Source of the DNA: an uncultured Erysipelotrichaceae bacterium
Lineage (GTDB): Bacteria; Bacillota_I; Bacilli_A; Erysipelotrichales; Erysipelotrichaceae
Length of the DNA: 32,000 nucleotides
NCBI GenBank assembly: GCA_942492995.1
Contig: OW818653.1
Coordinates: 1,290,001-1,322,000, forward strand
Direction: 5' to 3'
A program made the translations under genes and the position numbers. The notes beneath the pieces were generated by a model, which did not search any database, was not told where the DNA came from, and saw nothing but the letters and a program-made list of their open reading frames with translations. Positions within the stretch are counted from its first letter, which is position 1. Every line of letters begins with the position of its first letter. Positions 6,675 through 13,945 of the stretch are shown in pieces.

Positions 6675-6757
6675 TGGTGCGCGTGACAGGACTTGAACCT
6701 GCATGGTTGCCCGCTAGATCCTAAGTCTAGTGCGTCTGCCAATTTCGCCACACGCGC
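6675..6757 (-). tRNA. tRNA-Leu (anticodon UAG), class II with long variable arm, CCA encoded
   Basis: Reverse complement GCGCGTG-TG-...-CTAGA-CTTAGGA-TCTAG-CGGGCAACCAT-GCAGG-TTCAAGT-CCTGT-CACGCGC-A-CCA folds as a cloverleaf. Anticodon loop is CU-UAG-GA. Confidence 0.93.
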
Positions 6758-6770
6758 AAAGTGCATTCAA

Positions 6771-6799
6771 ATTATAACAATCTTTTGAATACAGTTCAA
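6771..6799 (-). promoter_or_regulatory. Sigma-A promoter for tRNA-Leu (TTGAAC-17-TATAAT)
   Basis: RC of 6794-6799 is TTGAAC and RC of 6771-6776 is TATAAT, with a 17-nt spacer. The -10 lies 13 nt from the tRNA 5' end. Confidence 0.7.
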
Positions 6800-6806
6800 T
6801 AAGAAA

Positions 6807-7664
6807 TTACTTTAAATTACGAATAAATGCGATAGATTCGAGTCCAGCAACACATCCATCCCCAACAGCTTTCGCAATTTGCATAATACCAGGTGTACAA
6901 TCACCTGCCGCAAATAATCCTGGGACATTTGTTTGTTTCTTCTCATCCACAATAATTTTATTATTCTCAACCAATGCACCAATCTTAAGGGCTAAATCAG
7001 TCGCAGATGCGGAACCTAACGCAATAAACAAACCTGACACATCAACTGTACTATCATCATCTAGCGTTACTGCTTGAAGACGATCAGTCCCAACCAGATT
7101 CTTAATCTTGTTCTTCACAAACTTTACTCTTGAGTCAAAATGTCCAATCGGTTCCAACCCATTCGTAAACACTATAACTTGATCTGCCACATTTACGAGT
7201 TCATGTGCTTCTTGTGCCGCATAATCACCATGTCCCAATACACCAACAATTTTCTTGCGATAGAAGAACGCATCACAAATTGCACAATACGATACACCTC
7301 TTCCTTCAAGTTCCTTTAGATTAGGAATACGTACTGTAGCACGGGGAGAACCTGTCGCAAGTATTACCGCTTTCGAATGATATGAATTAAGCGTAGTAGT
7401 AACTTCAAAATCTAAGCCGAAACTTAAACCAGTTACTTCTTCATCAATCAATTCAATACTCAATACTTTCGCATGCTTAAAACCTTCTTCAAGTAATTCT
7501 GGTCCACTAATTTGCGTAAACCCAAAATAATTCCCTATTTTATCCGTTTTAGATAATGCGCCACCATCTTTGCCAATCACTAAAACATTTAAATTAGCTC
7601 TTTTAATATAAACAGCTGCTTGTATACCAGCTGGTCCTTTACCTAATACGATTACATCATACAT
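6807..7664 (-). CDS. Thioredoxin-reductase-like FAD oxidoreductase (short form, CAIC redox motif, atypical pyridine-nucleotide site)
   Basis: 285 aa. FAD motif VIVLGKGPAG, redox-active GVSYCAICDAFFY, C-terminal GLFAAGDC. The region aligning to the GGGxxA / HRRxxxR motifs of E. coli TrxR reads GHGDYA / VFTNGLEP. Confidence 0.85.
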   Translation of the reverse strand: MYDVIVLGKGPAGIQAAVYIKRANLNVLVIGKDGGALSKTDKIGNYFGFTQISGPELLEEGFKHAKVLSIELIDEEVTGLSFGLDFEVTTTLNSYHSKAVILATGSPRATVRIPNLKELEGRGVSYCAICDAFFYRKKIVGVLGHGDYAAQEAHELVNVADQVIVFTNGLEPIGHFDSRVKFVKNKIKNLVGTDRLQAVTLDDDSTVDVSGLFIALGSASATDLALKIGALVENNKIIVDEKKQTNVPGLFAAGDCTPGIMQIAKAVGDGCVAGLESIAFIRNLK

Positions 7665-7730
7665 AATAAATCCTCCTTTAATACAAACTCTTATTACTCA
7701 ACTATTCTATCAAATCTAAAATTAAACTCA

Positions 7731-7754
7731 AGAAAAAACAGGGCTAACCCTGTT
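7731..7754 (-). terminator. Rho-independent terminator ending the liv-CBS operon
   Basis: AACAGGG (7737-7743), loop CTAA, CCCTGTT (7748-7754), then TTTTTCTT on the minus strand. The stem overlaps the stop codon. Confidence 0.8.
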
Positions 7755-8374
7755 TATAGTAATGATGTAAGTGTATACCCATTCTTTTCTAACAATTCGC
7801 GAACTCTTTTCTTATCCAACTCGTTACAACGAATCATAACTTCATCGCCTAAATTCGTGAAATGAGAGATTGATATTCCATTATCCGCAAACAACTTCGT
7901 AAACGCAGCGAATGCCCCAACTTGATCATTAACCAAGAAAGTAACACGTGAACCTTGTTGGTTATACCCAAACAAGTCCACAAACGCTTTTAAGATGTCA
8001 CTAGTCGTCATAATCCCTAATAACACATTAGAATCACCAACAACCGGTAAACAGCCTATATCCTTCTTCTCCATGATATCAGCCGCTTCTTCAACTAACG
8101 CTTCAGGTCCAACTGTCACAACCTTCTTAATCATAATGTCTTTAACTTTAGTCTTAGACAACAGATAATTCATTTCATGAATACTTAGTGTTGTTAAGTG
8201 TGATGGAGAATTCTCTTGTACAACACCTTGTGTCACTAGACCTACCAATACACCTTTCTCAACAACTGGAATACGGTGAATCTTAAACTCATGCATTAAA
8301 TCTAAAACTTCTGAAATAGTTTGATCAGGGGTAACTGTCTTTGGATTAACAGTCATTTTATTCTTAACGTACAT
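7754..8374 (-). CDS. CBS-pair + ACT domain protein (AcuB-like)
   Basis: 206 aa. Two CBS-like repeats (HRIPVVEKGVLVGLVT; IGCLPVVGDSNVLLGIMTTSDIL) followed by an ACT-like tail. The ATG lies 2 nt after the livF stop, with SD GGGAGGA inside livF. Confidence 0.8.
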   Translation of the reverse strand: MYVKNKMTVNPKTVTPDQTISEVLDLMHEFKIHRIPVVEKGVLVGLVTQGVVQENSPSHLTTLSIHEMNYLLSKTKVKDIMIKKVVTVGPEALVEEAADIMEKKDIGCLPVVGDSNVLLGIMTTSDILKAFVDLFGYNQQGSRVTFLVNDQVGAFAAFTKLFADNGISISHFTNLGDEVMIRCNELDKKRVRELLEKNGYTLTSLL

Positions 8375-8376
8375 GG

Positions 8377-9081
8377 TTATCCTCCCAAATAGACTTTCTG
8401 TACTTCAGGACTACTAAGTAATTCCTGACCTGTACCTTGTAATACAATATTACCAGTTTCTAATACATACGCTTTATCCGCAATCTTAAGAGCTTGCATC
8501 GCATTCTGCTCAACCAATAGAATCGTTGTACCTTGTTGGTTGATCTCTTTAATGATATTAAAGATTTCTTTAACCAATAACGGCGCTAATCCCATTGATG
8601 GTTCATCCAGCAACAATAACTTAGGCTTAGCCATAAGCGCTCTTGAAATCGCAAGCATCTGTTGTTCACCACCCGATAATGTGGACGCATCTTGATTCTT
8701 ACGATTCGCTAAAATCTCAAAACGTTTATAAATCTTCTCTAGATCTTGTTTAATCCCATCTTTATCTTTACGCAAATAAGCACCCATCATTAAGTTCTCG
8801 TAAACAGTTAACCCAGAGAAGATTCTACGACCCTCCGGTACTTGAACTAAACCACGTGTCGGTAAGACTTGTGCCGATACTAACGCAATATTCTCACCAA
8901 GATATAATACAGATCCAGAGCTTGCTTTTATAAGTCCACTGATTGTTCTTAATAGGGTTGTTTTACCAGCACCATTTGATCCAATAAGCGACACAATCTG
9001 ACCTTCTTCTACTTCAATATTAACATCTTTCAAGGCATGGATAACACCATAATGTACATTCAAATTTTCTACTTTTAACAT
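8377..9081 (-). CDS. livF: Branched-chain/hydrophobic amino-acid ABC transporter ATP-binding protein
   Basis: Walker A GSNGAGKTT, signature LSGGEQQML, Walker B LLLLDEP. 1-nt overlap (TAATG) with livG. Confidence 0.9.
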   Translation of the reverse strand: MLKVENLNVHYGVIHALKDVNIEVEEGQIVSLIGSNGAGKTTLLRTISGLIKASSGSVLYLGENIALVSAQVLPTRGLVQVPEGRRIFSGLTVYENLMMGAYLRKDKDGIKQDLEKIYKRFEILANRKNQDASTLSGGEQQMLAISRALMAKPKLLLLDEPSMGLAPLLVKEIFNIIKEINQQGTTILLVEQNAMQALKIADKAYVLETGNIVLQGTGQELLSSPEVQKVYLGG

Positions 9082-9860
9082 TAAGCTTCCTCCTCACCAA
9101 GATATGCTTCAATTACTTTAGGATTGTGTTTAACTTCATTCGCAGTACCCTGCGCAATAAGTTTACCATAATCCAACACAAAGATACGTTCACAGATTTC
9201 CATAACCAATGACATATCATGTTCGATCAACACAATGGTTAAATCCATTTCTCTACGAATCTTAGCCACAAACTCTGTTAATGCCAGAGTCTCTTGAGGA
9301 TTCATCCCTGCGGCTGGTTCATCTAAGAATAATAGTTTAGCACCCGTTGCCATTGCACGCGCAATTTCAAGTTGTCTTTGTTTACCATACGGCAAATTCT
9401 TTGCTTTAGTTTGAGCTAATTCATCAAGATTTACTTTTTTTAGAAACTCTAAAGCACGCTTCTCAATATCAGCTTCTGACTTATAGAAATTTCCAATTCT
9501 AAGCAATGCGCCAAGAATTGAATATTTTACTTCTTGATTCATCGCAATTTTAACATTATCTAATACCGACAATTCTTTGAATAATCGGATGTTTTGGAAC
9601 GTACGTGCAACCCCTTGATGTGTAATTTTGTAAGGCGCTAATTTATTGAGTTCAATATCTTTGCCATTCTTATGTAAAATTACACGACCTGTAGTAGGCG
9701 TATATACGCCCGTTAATACATTAAATAAAGTCGTTTTACCAGCACCATTTGGACCGATTAAACCAACAAGTTCACCTTCTTCAATTGTAAGTGAGACATT
9801 GGATACAGCACTTAATCCACCAAAGTTTTTAGTTATATGATCAACGGTTAAGAAACTCAT
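9081..9860 (-). CDS. livG: Branched-chain/hydrophobic amino-acid ABC transporter ATP-binding protein
   Basis: Walker A GPNGAGKTT, LPYGKQRQLEIARA signature, C-terminal BCA_ABC_TP_C-like KVIEAYLG. ATGA overlap with livM. Confidence 0.9.
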   Translation of the reverse strand: MSFLTVDHITKNFGGLSAVSNVSLTIEEGELVGLIGPNGAGKTTLFNVLTGVYTPTTGRVILHKNGKDIELNKLAPYKITHQGVARTFQNIRLFKELSVLDNVKIAMNQEVKYSILGALLRIGNFYKSEADIEKRALEFLKKVNLDELAQTKAKNLPYGKQRQLEIARAMATGAKLLFLDEPAAGMNPQETLALTEFVAKIRREMDLTIVLIEHDMSLVMEICERIFVLDYGKLIAQGTANEVKHNPKVIEAYLGEEEA

Positions 9861-10840
9861 GCTTTCTCCTTCCCAGCCTTAGTAAAACGCTTAAAGTGTG
9901 ATTTAAAATTAAACAATGAACTTAGAGACGCTTCATACGTTCCTAATAAACCTTGAGGTCTAAATATCATGATTCCAATAAGCGCTAAGGCATAGATAAT
10001 CATTCTTAACTCTGCCAAAGGTTGTAAGACAATATTAATAATACCCAAGACAATCGCAGCCACAACACTTCCCGTTAAACTACCCATGCCACCAAATACT
10101 ACAATAACTAAGATATTTATAGAATTTGTAATACCAAATGTTTCAGGCTTAATAACATAGTAACTTGTCGCATACAAAGCGCCCGCAACACTTGCGAGTA
10201 ATGCACCGAATACAAACGCTGTAACTTTATATTTTGTCGTATTAATTCCCATCGCTTCAGACGCTATTTCATCTTCTTTGATTGATATACATGCACGACC
10301 AATCGCTGAATTTTTAAAGTTAGCGGATAATGCGATAGCTAGAACTGTAAACACAAACATTAATGGCCAGTTTACTAAGAATGGAATATTACTTATCCCA
10401 GATGCACCATTTGTGATTGTCATATTAAGGATGATGATACGAATGATCTCACCAACACCGAGTGTTGCGATCGCAAGATAATCACCTTTTAAACGTAATG
10501 TAGGCATTGCGACAATAAACGAAACCACAAAGCTAATCACAAGACCAACTCCAATCCCAATCGCAAGTCCAGTATAATCAGGCATCATTTTTAAGAGCAC
10601 TGCGGCGCTATATGCGCCAATAGACATAAACCCAGCATGACCTAGAGAAAACTGCCCAGTAACCCCAATAATGATGTTTAAACTAACTCCAAGAATAGCG
10701 AAGATACAAATCCAGAATAATGTTACACGATAATACGGTGAAATGATTCTTGCGTTGATTAAGAGTTGAACTACAACGAATATAACAACCGCAATCGCTA
10801 ACCATGTTAAATTCTTTTTATTGAATAGAGATTGTTTCAT
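9857..10840 (-). CDS. livM: Branched-chain amino-acid ABC transporter permease
   Basis: Polytopic LivM-type permease. The ATG at 10840 (MKQSLFNKK) follows AAGGAGAAGGTG. The track start at 10879 would overlap livH by 38 nt. Confidence 0.88.
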   Translation of the reverse strand: MKQSLFNKKNLTWLAIAVVIFVVVQLLINARIISPYYRVTLFWICIFAILGVSLNIIIGVTGQFSLGHAGFMSIGAYSAAVLLKMMPDYTGLAIGIGVGLVISFVVSFIVAMPTLRLKGDYLAIATLGVGEIIRIIILNMTITNGASGISNIPFLVNWPLMFVFTVLAIALSANFKNSAIGRACISIKEDEIASEAMGINTTKYKVTAFVFGALLASVAGALYATSYYVIKPETFGITNSINILVIVVFGGMGSLTGSVVAAIVLGIINIVLQPLAELRMIIYALALIGIMIFRPQGLLGTYEASLSSLFNFKSHFKRFTKAGKEKA

Positions 10841-10841
10841 A

Positions 10842-11720
10842 TTACACCTTCTCCTTCTTATTCTTACCAAGTAATCCACTTGGTTTAATAATTAACACAA
10901 GAATTAAAATGATATAAACAACCGCATCTTTGTACAATGTAGAACCATAACCACTCACGAAGGTTTCGATTAAACCAATAGAGAAGCCGCCAAGCATCGC
11001 TCCAGGAATAATACCTATACCACCAAATACCGCCGCAACGAATGCTTTAAGACCTGGCGCAAACCCCATCAACGGATTAACTGTATTATAATAAATACCA
11101 ACTAAAATACCCGCTGCCGCAGCCAATGAACTACCAATCGCAAAGGTCAATGTAATGATATGATCCACATTAACACCCATCAAACGAGCCGCATCTTGAT
11201 CTACCGCAACCGATCGCATTGCACGACCAATCTTAGTCTTTTGTACGATAACTTGAAGAAGTAACATTAATACAATCGAAGTCGCAAATATAACAACCTG
11301 TTGAGAGTTTATACGAATACCACCAATCACATACAATTCATTATTTAAAACCGCTGGGAACGTATAAATCTTCGCACCCATGATTCGACTTACAATATTT
11401 TGTAAAAAGAAGGATACCCCAATTGCGGTAATTAGCGCCGCAACACGTGTCGATTTACGAAGAGGTTTATATGCAATTCTCTCAATTATTACACCAATTA
11501 AAGCAGTTAATACCATTGTGCTTATTAACGCTAAAAAGAACGGAAGTTTAAATACCGTTACAGAGATTAAACCAATATAGGCACCAATCATATACATGTC
11601 ACCATGCGCAAAATTGATGAGTTTGATAATACCATAAACCATCGTATAGCCTAATGCGATTAAAGCATAAATACTACCGACTGATAGTCCATTAACGAGC
11701 TGTTGTAAAAATTCTTGCAT
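10842..11720 (-). CDS. livH: Branched-chain amino-acid ABC transporter permease
   Basis: LivH-type permease (MQEFLQQLVNGLSVGSIYALIALGYTMVYG...). The ATG at 11720 follows AAAGGAGAG. The track start at 11741 is a TTG inside the upstream hairpin. Confidence 0.88.
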   Translation of the reverse strand: MQEFLQQLVNGLSVGSIYALIALGYTMVYGIIKLINFAHGDMYMIGAYIGLISVTVFKLPFFLALISTMVLTALIGVIIERIAYKPLRKSTRVAALITAIGVSFFLQNIVSRIMGAKIYTFPAVLNNELYVIGGIRINSQQVVIFATSIVLMLLLQVIVQKTKIGRAMRSVAVDQDAARLMGVNVDHIITLTFAIGSSLAAAAGILVGIYYNTVNPLMGFAPGLKAFVAAVFGGIGIIPGAMLGGFSIGLIETFVSGYGSTLYKDAVVYIILILVLIIKPSGLLGKNKKEKV

Positions 11721-11739
11721 AAGACTCTCCTTTTGAAAC

Positions 11740-11769
11740 AAACAGGTGAAAGTTTCCTTTCACCTGTTT
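11740..11769 (-). promoter_or_regulatory. Perfect 13-bp intercistronic hairpin between the binding-protein gene and livH
   Basis: AAACAGGTGAAAG (11740-11752), loop TTTC, CTTTCACCTGTTT (11757-11769). On the transcript it is followed only by GUUUCAAAA, a weak U-tract. Confidence 0.7.
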
Positions 11770-11791
11770 AAGTGATACTACTTTATTCGGC

Positions 11792-12952
11792 TTAAGGATT
11801 AACAACTGTTGCGGCAGCTTGTACGCCGTCAACTAATTGAACAACGATAGCAGATTTAACAGGATTATGCCATTCATCAAAGCTAATTGTTCCAGTGATG
11901 CCTGGGAAGTCTTTTAGAGCTTCAAGAGCTGTATTAACTTTAACAGGATCAACTTCGCCAGCAGCTTCGATAGCCGCTTTCAACATGTAAACTGTATCAT
12001 AAGCCAATGCACTTAGAGCACTTGGAGCTTCACCAACAAATGCAGTGTAATTCGTAATAAAGTCTTGAACTTTTTGATCTTCGCTTAAAGATGAGAAGTG
12101 TGTAGAGAAGTAAACATCATTAAGGTTAGCTGCTCCACCAGCAAGTTCAACTAGATCAGGTGATTCGAAACCATCTGGTCCAACAAACGGAACTACGATA
12201 CCAGCTTCACGAGCTTGTTTAATAATTAAGCCAGCACGTACTGCATAGTCTGCTACGAATACAACATCAAATTCACCAGCTGCTTGAACTTTAGTCAAGA
12301 TAGCAGAGAAATCTGTGTCCGCATCTGTATAGTATTCTGTTGCGACAACTGTGCCGCCTTTAACTGCGAATTGTTCAGAGAAGATTGATGCTAAGTCTTT
12401 AGCGTAATCAGATGAACTTGAACCTAAAACTACAGCTTTTGTTTTGCCTAAATTATCTGCCGCAAAATTAGCTAATACTAAACCTTGGAATGGATCGATA
12501 AAACATGCACGGTATACGAATGGATAAACAGCTGTTCCATCATTAGTAACTAATGCATTTGAACCTGAAGGTGTAATCAATGGTACTTCATATTGGTTAG
12601 CTACAGGAGCAGCTGCCATTGTTGTACCTGAGATTGCTGCGCCGATAACTGCCACAACACCATCTTCAGTCATTAATTTAGTCGCATTACTTGTTGCTTC
12701 TGCAGTATCCGTTTTAGTATCGTAAATAACTAATTCGATTTGTTTGCCTAAAACACCACCAGCATCATTAATTTCTTTAACCGCTAATTCAGCAGCTAAT
12801 TTTTCAGGTGTACCATAAACAGCGGCCTCACCAGTTAATTCAACGTTTAAACCTACTTTAATTGTTTCCGCAACTGCCTCTTCTGCTGCACAAGCCGTCA
12901 AGCCTGAGAACAGTAAAGTAATTGTTGCTACTATCGCTAGAATTCTCTTCAT
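11792..12952 (-). CDS. livJ: Amino-acid ABC transporter substrate-binding lipoprotein (LivJ/LivK family)
   Basis: 386 aa. Signal peptide plus lipobox (LFSGLTAC). Type-I periplasmic-binding-fold sequence (GLNVELTGEAAVYG...INDAGGVLGKQIELV). First gene of the liv operon. Confidence 0.88.
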   Translation of the reverse strand: MKRILAIVATITLLFSGLTACAAEEAVAETIKVGLNVELTGEAAVYGTPEKLAAELAVKEINDAGGVLGKQIELVIYDTKTDTAEATSNATKLMTEDGVVAVIGAAISGTTMAAAPVANQYEVPLITPSGSNALVTNDGTAVYPFVYRACFIDPFQGLVLANFAADNLGKTKAVVLGSSSSDYAKDLASIFSEQFAVKGGTVVATEYYTDADTDFSAILTKVQAAGEFDVVFVADYAVRAGLIIKQAREAGIVVPFVGPDGFESPDLVELAGGAANLNDVYFSTHFSSLSEDQKVQDFITNYTAFVGEAPSALSALAYDTVYMLKAAIEAAGEVDPVKVNTALEALKDFPGITGTISFDEWHNPVKSAIVVQLVDGVQAAATVVNP

Positions 12953-12980
12953 AAATACCCTCCTTTGGTAATATGAGTTG

Positions 12981-13009
12981 ATTATAAATGAAAGTTATGT
13001 GAAATTCAA
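12981..13009 (-). promoter_or_regulatory. Sigma-A promoter of the liv operon (TTGAAT-17-TATAAT)
   Basis: RC of 13004-13009 is TTGAAT and RC of 12981-12986 is TATAAT, with a 17-nt spacer. The leader of ~25-30 nt carries SD AAAGGAGGG, leaving no room for a riboswitch or T-box. Confidence 0.65.
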
Positions 13010-13082
13010 TCATTATTTTACATTATTTGTGAAAATATTTCATTTTTGTTTCATTTAGCCATTTTCATGGTAATTTACAGCT

Positions 13083-13110
13083 AAAAGAAAGCCTATCTTA
13101 GTAGATAGGC
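13083..13110 (-). terminator. Rho-independent terminator after the 107-aa membrane-protein gene
   Basis: GCCTATCT (13091-13098), loop TAGT, AGATAGGC (13103-13110), then TTTCTTTT on the minus strand. Confidence 0.8.
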
Positions 13111-13122
13111 GAATTAGTTAAT

Positions 13123-13446
13123 TTAGATATAATCATGCTTAATACAATAAAGATAGAATACTCCATAGATAAACGCATATACAATATCTATTATTATCCA
13201 TATCCCCTTATCTAATTGAATCTTCATAATAGGATTAAAGATAATACAACCAATTATAAATAATATTATAAATACCAAGATGTTATTCTCATTTATATCT
13301 CTTAACTTAAATAATATATAGATAGATCCCCAAAATACACAATCTCTCAGTAATTCATAAAATCCATAGGGCAAGTTAAAAATACCAAATACTAATAAAA
13401 CCATCGTTCCAATTAATACACTTTTTAGGATATATCCATTGAGCAT
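13123..13446 (-). CDS. Hypothetical small membrane protein (3-4 TM), AT-rich gene
   Basis: 107-aa hydrophobic ORF with a partial SD (AAGGG) and its own terminator. A hand count gives 15 G+C in 13201-13260. Confidence 0.6.
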   Translation of the reverse strand: MLNGYILKSVLIGTMVLLVFGIFNLPYGFYELLRDCVFWGSIYILFKLRDINENNILVFIILFIIGCIIFNPIMKIQLDKGIWIIIDIVYAFIYGVFYLYCIKHDYI

Positions 13447-13514
13447 AATTACCCTTACTTGATTTCATTATTTCAATCAATGATATCTAAGTCAAGCTAA
13501 TATGAAAATTAACA

Positions 13515-13544
13515 AATAAAAAACCTATATCTATAATATAGGTT
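13515..13544 (-). terminator. Rho-independent terminator after tRNA-Lys
   Basis: AACCTATAT (13522-13530), 5-nt loop, ATATAGGTT (13536-13544), then TTTTTATTT on the minus strand. Confidence 0.8.
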
Positions 13545-13555
13545 AAATTACACAA

Positions 13556-13631
13556 TGGTGACTCGTGACGGGCTCGAACCGTCGACCCACTGATTAAGAG
13601 TCAGTTGCTCTACCAACTGAGCTAACAAGTC
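13556..13631 (-). tRNA. tRNA-Lys (anticodon CUU), CCA encoded
   Basis: RC is GACTTGT-TA-GCTC-AGTTGGTA-GAGC-A-ACTGA-CTCTTAA-TCAGT-GGGTC-GACGG-TTCGAGC-CCGTC-ACGAGTC-A-CCA. Confidence 0.93.
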
Positions 13632-13648
13632 ATTTTTAATGCCTTATG

Positions 13649-13677
13649 ATTATAGCGTATTTAAATAATGAATGCAA
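13649..13677 (-). promoter_or_regulatory. Sigma-A promoter for tRNA-Lys (TTGCAT-17-TATAAT)
   Basis: RC of 13672-13677 is TTGCAT and RC of 13649-13654 is TATAAT, with a 17-nt spacer. Confidence 0.65.
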
Positions 13678-13690
13678 GAATTCTAAGCAT

Positions 13691-13727
13691 AAAAAAACGC
13701 AAGCATTTAGTGCTTACGTGTTTTTTT
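13691..13727. terminator. Bidirectional-looking terminator after tRNA-Asn/tRNA-Glu
   Basis: A7, ACGCAAGCA (13697-13705), loop TTTAG, TGCTTACGT (13711-13719), G, T7. The stem has 8 of 9 pairs. Confidence 0.75.
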
Positions 13728-13731
13728 AAAT

Positions 13732-13807
13732 TGGTGACCCGTACGGGATTCGAACCCGTGAATGCATGCGTGAAAGGCATGTGAGTTAACCGTTTCTCCA
13801 ACGGGCC
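13732..13807 (-). tRNA. tRNA-Glu (anticodon UUC), CCA encoded
   Basis: RC is GGCCCGT...CATGC-CTTTCAC-GCATG...ACGGG-TTCGAAT-CCCGT-ACGGGTC-A-CCA. The ends closely resemble Bacillus tRNA-Glu. Confidence 0.92.
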
Positions 13808-13811
13808 ACAA

Positions 13812-13887
13812 TGGCGCCTAAAGTAGGACTCGAACCTACGACCTAACGGTTAACAGCCGTTTGCTCTACCGACTGAGCTATTTAGGC
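13812..13887 (-). tRNA. tRNA-Asn (anticodon GUU), CCA encoded
   Basis: RC is GCCTAAA-TA-GCTC-AGTCGGTA-GAGC-A-AACGG-CTGTTAA-CCGTT-AGGTC-GTAGG-TTCGAGT-CCTAC-TTTAGGC-G-CCA. Only 4 nt separate it from tRNA-Glu. Confidence 0.93.
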
Positions 13888-13899
13888 AAGTGCTTATAA

Positions 13900-13928
13900 A
13901 ATATAACATAGTTATAAACACATTTCAA
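13900..13928 (-). promoter_or_regulatory. Sigma-A promoter for tRNA-Asn/tRNA-Glu (TTGAAA-17-TATATT)
   Basis: RC of 13923-13928 is TTGAAA and RC of 13900-13905 is TATATT, with a 17-nt spacer. The -10 lies 12 nt from the tRNA-Asn 5' end. Confidence 0.6.
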
Positions 13929-13945
13929 GAGATTTTTAAGATATT

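Noticed and set aside
13024-13038. CodY-box-like sequence (TATTTGTGAAAATAT) just upstream of the liv promoter -35.
   Set aside because: Only about 10/15 matches to AATTTTCWGAAAATT. In DNA this AT-rich, such a score is expected by chance. It is worth revisiting only if a CodY homologue and a genome-wide motif model are available.
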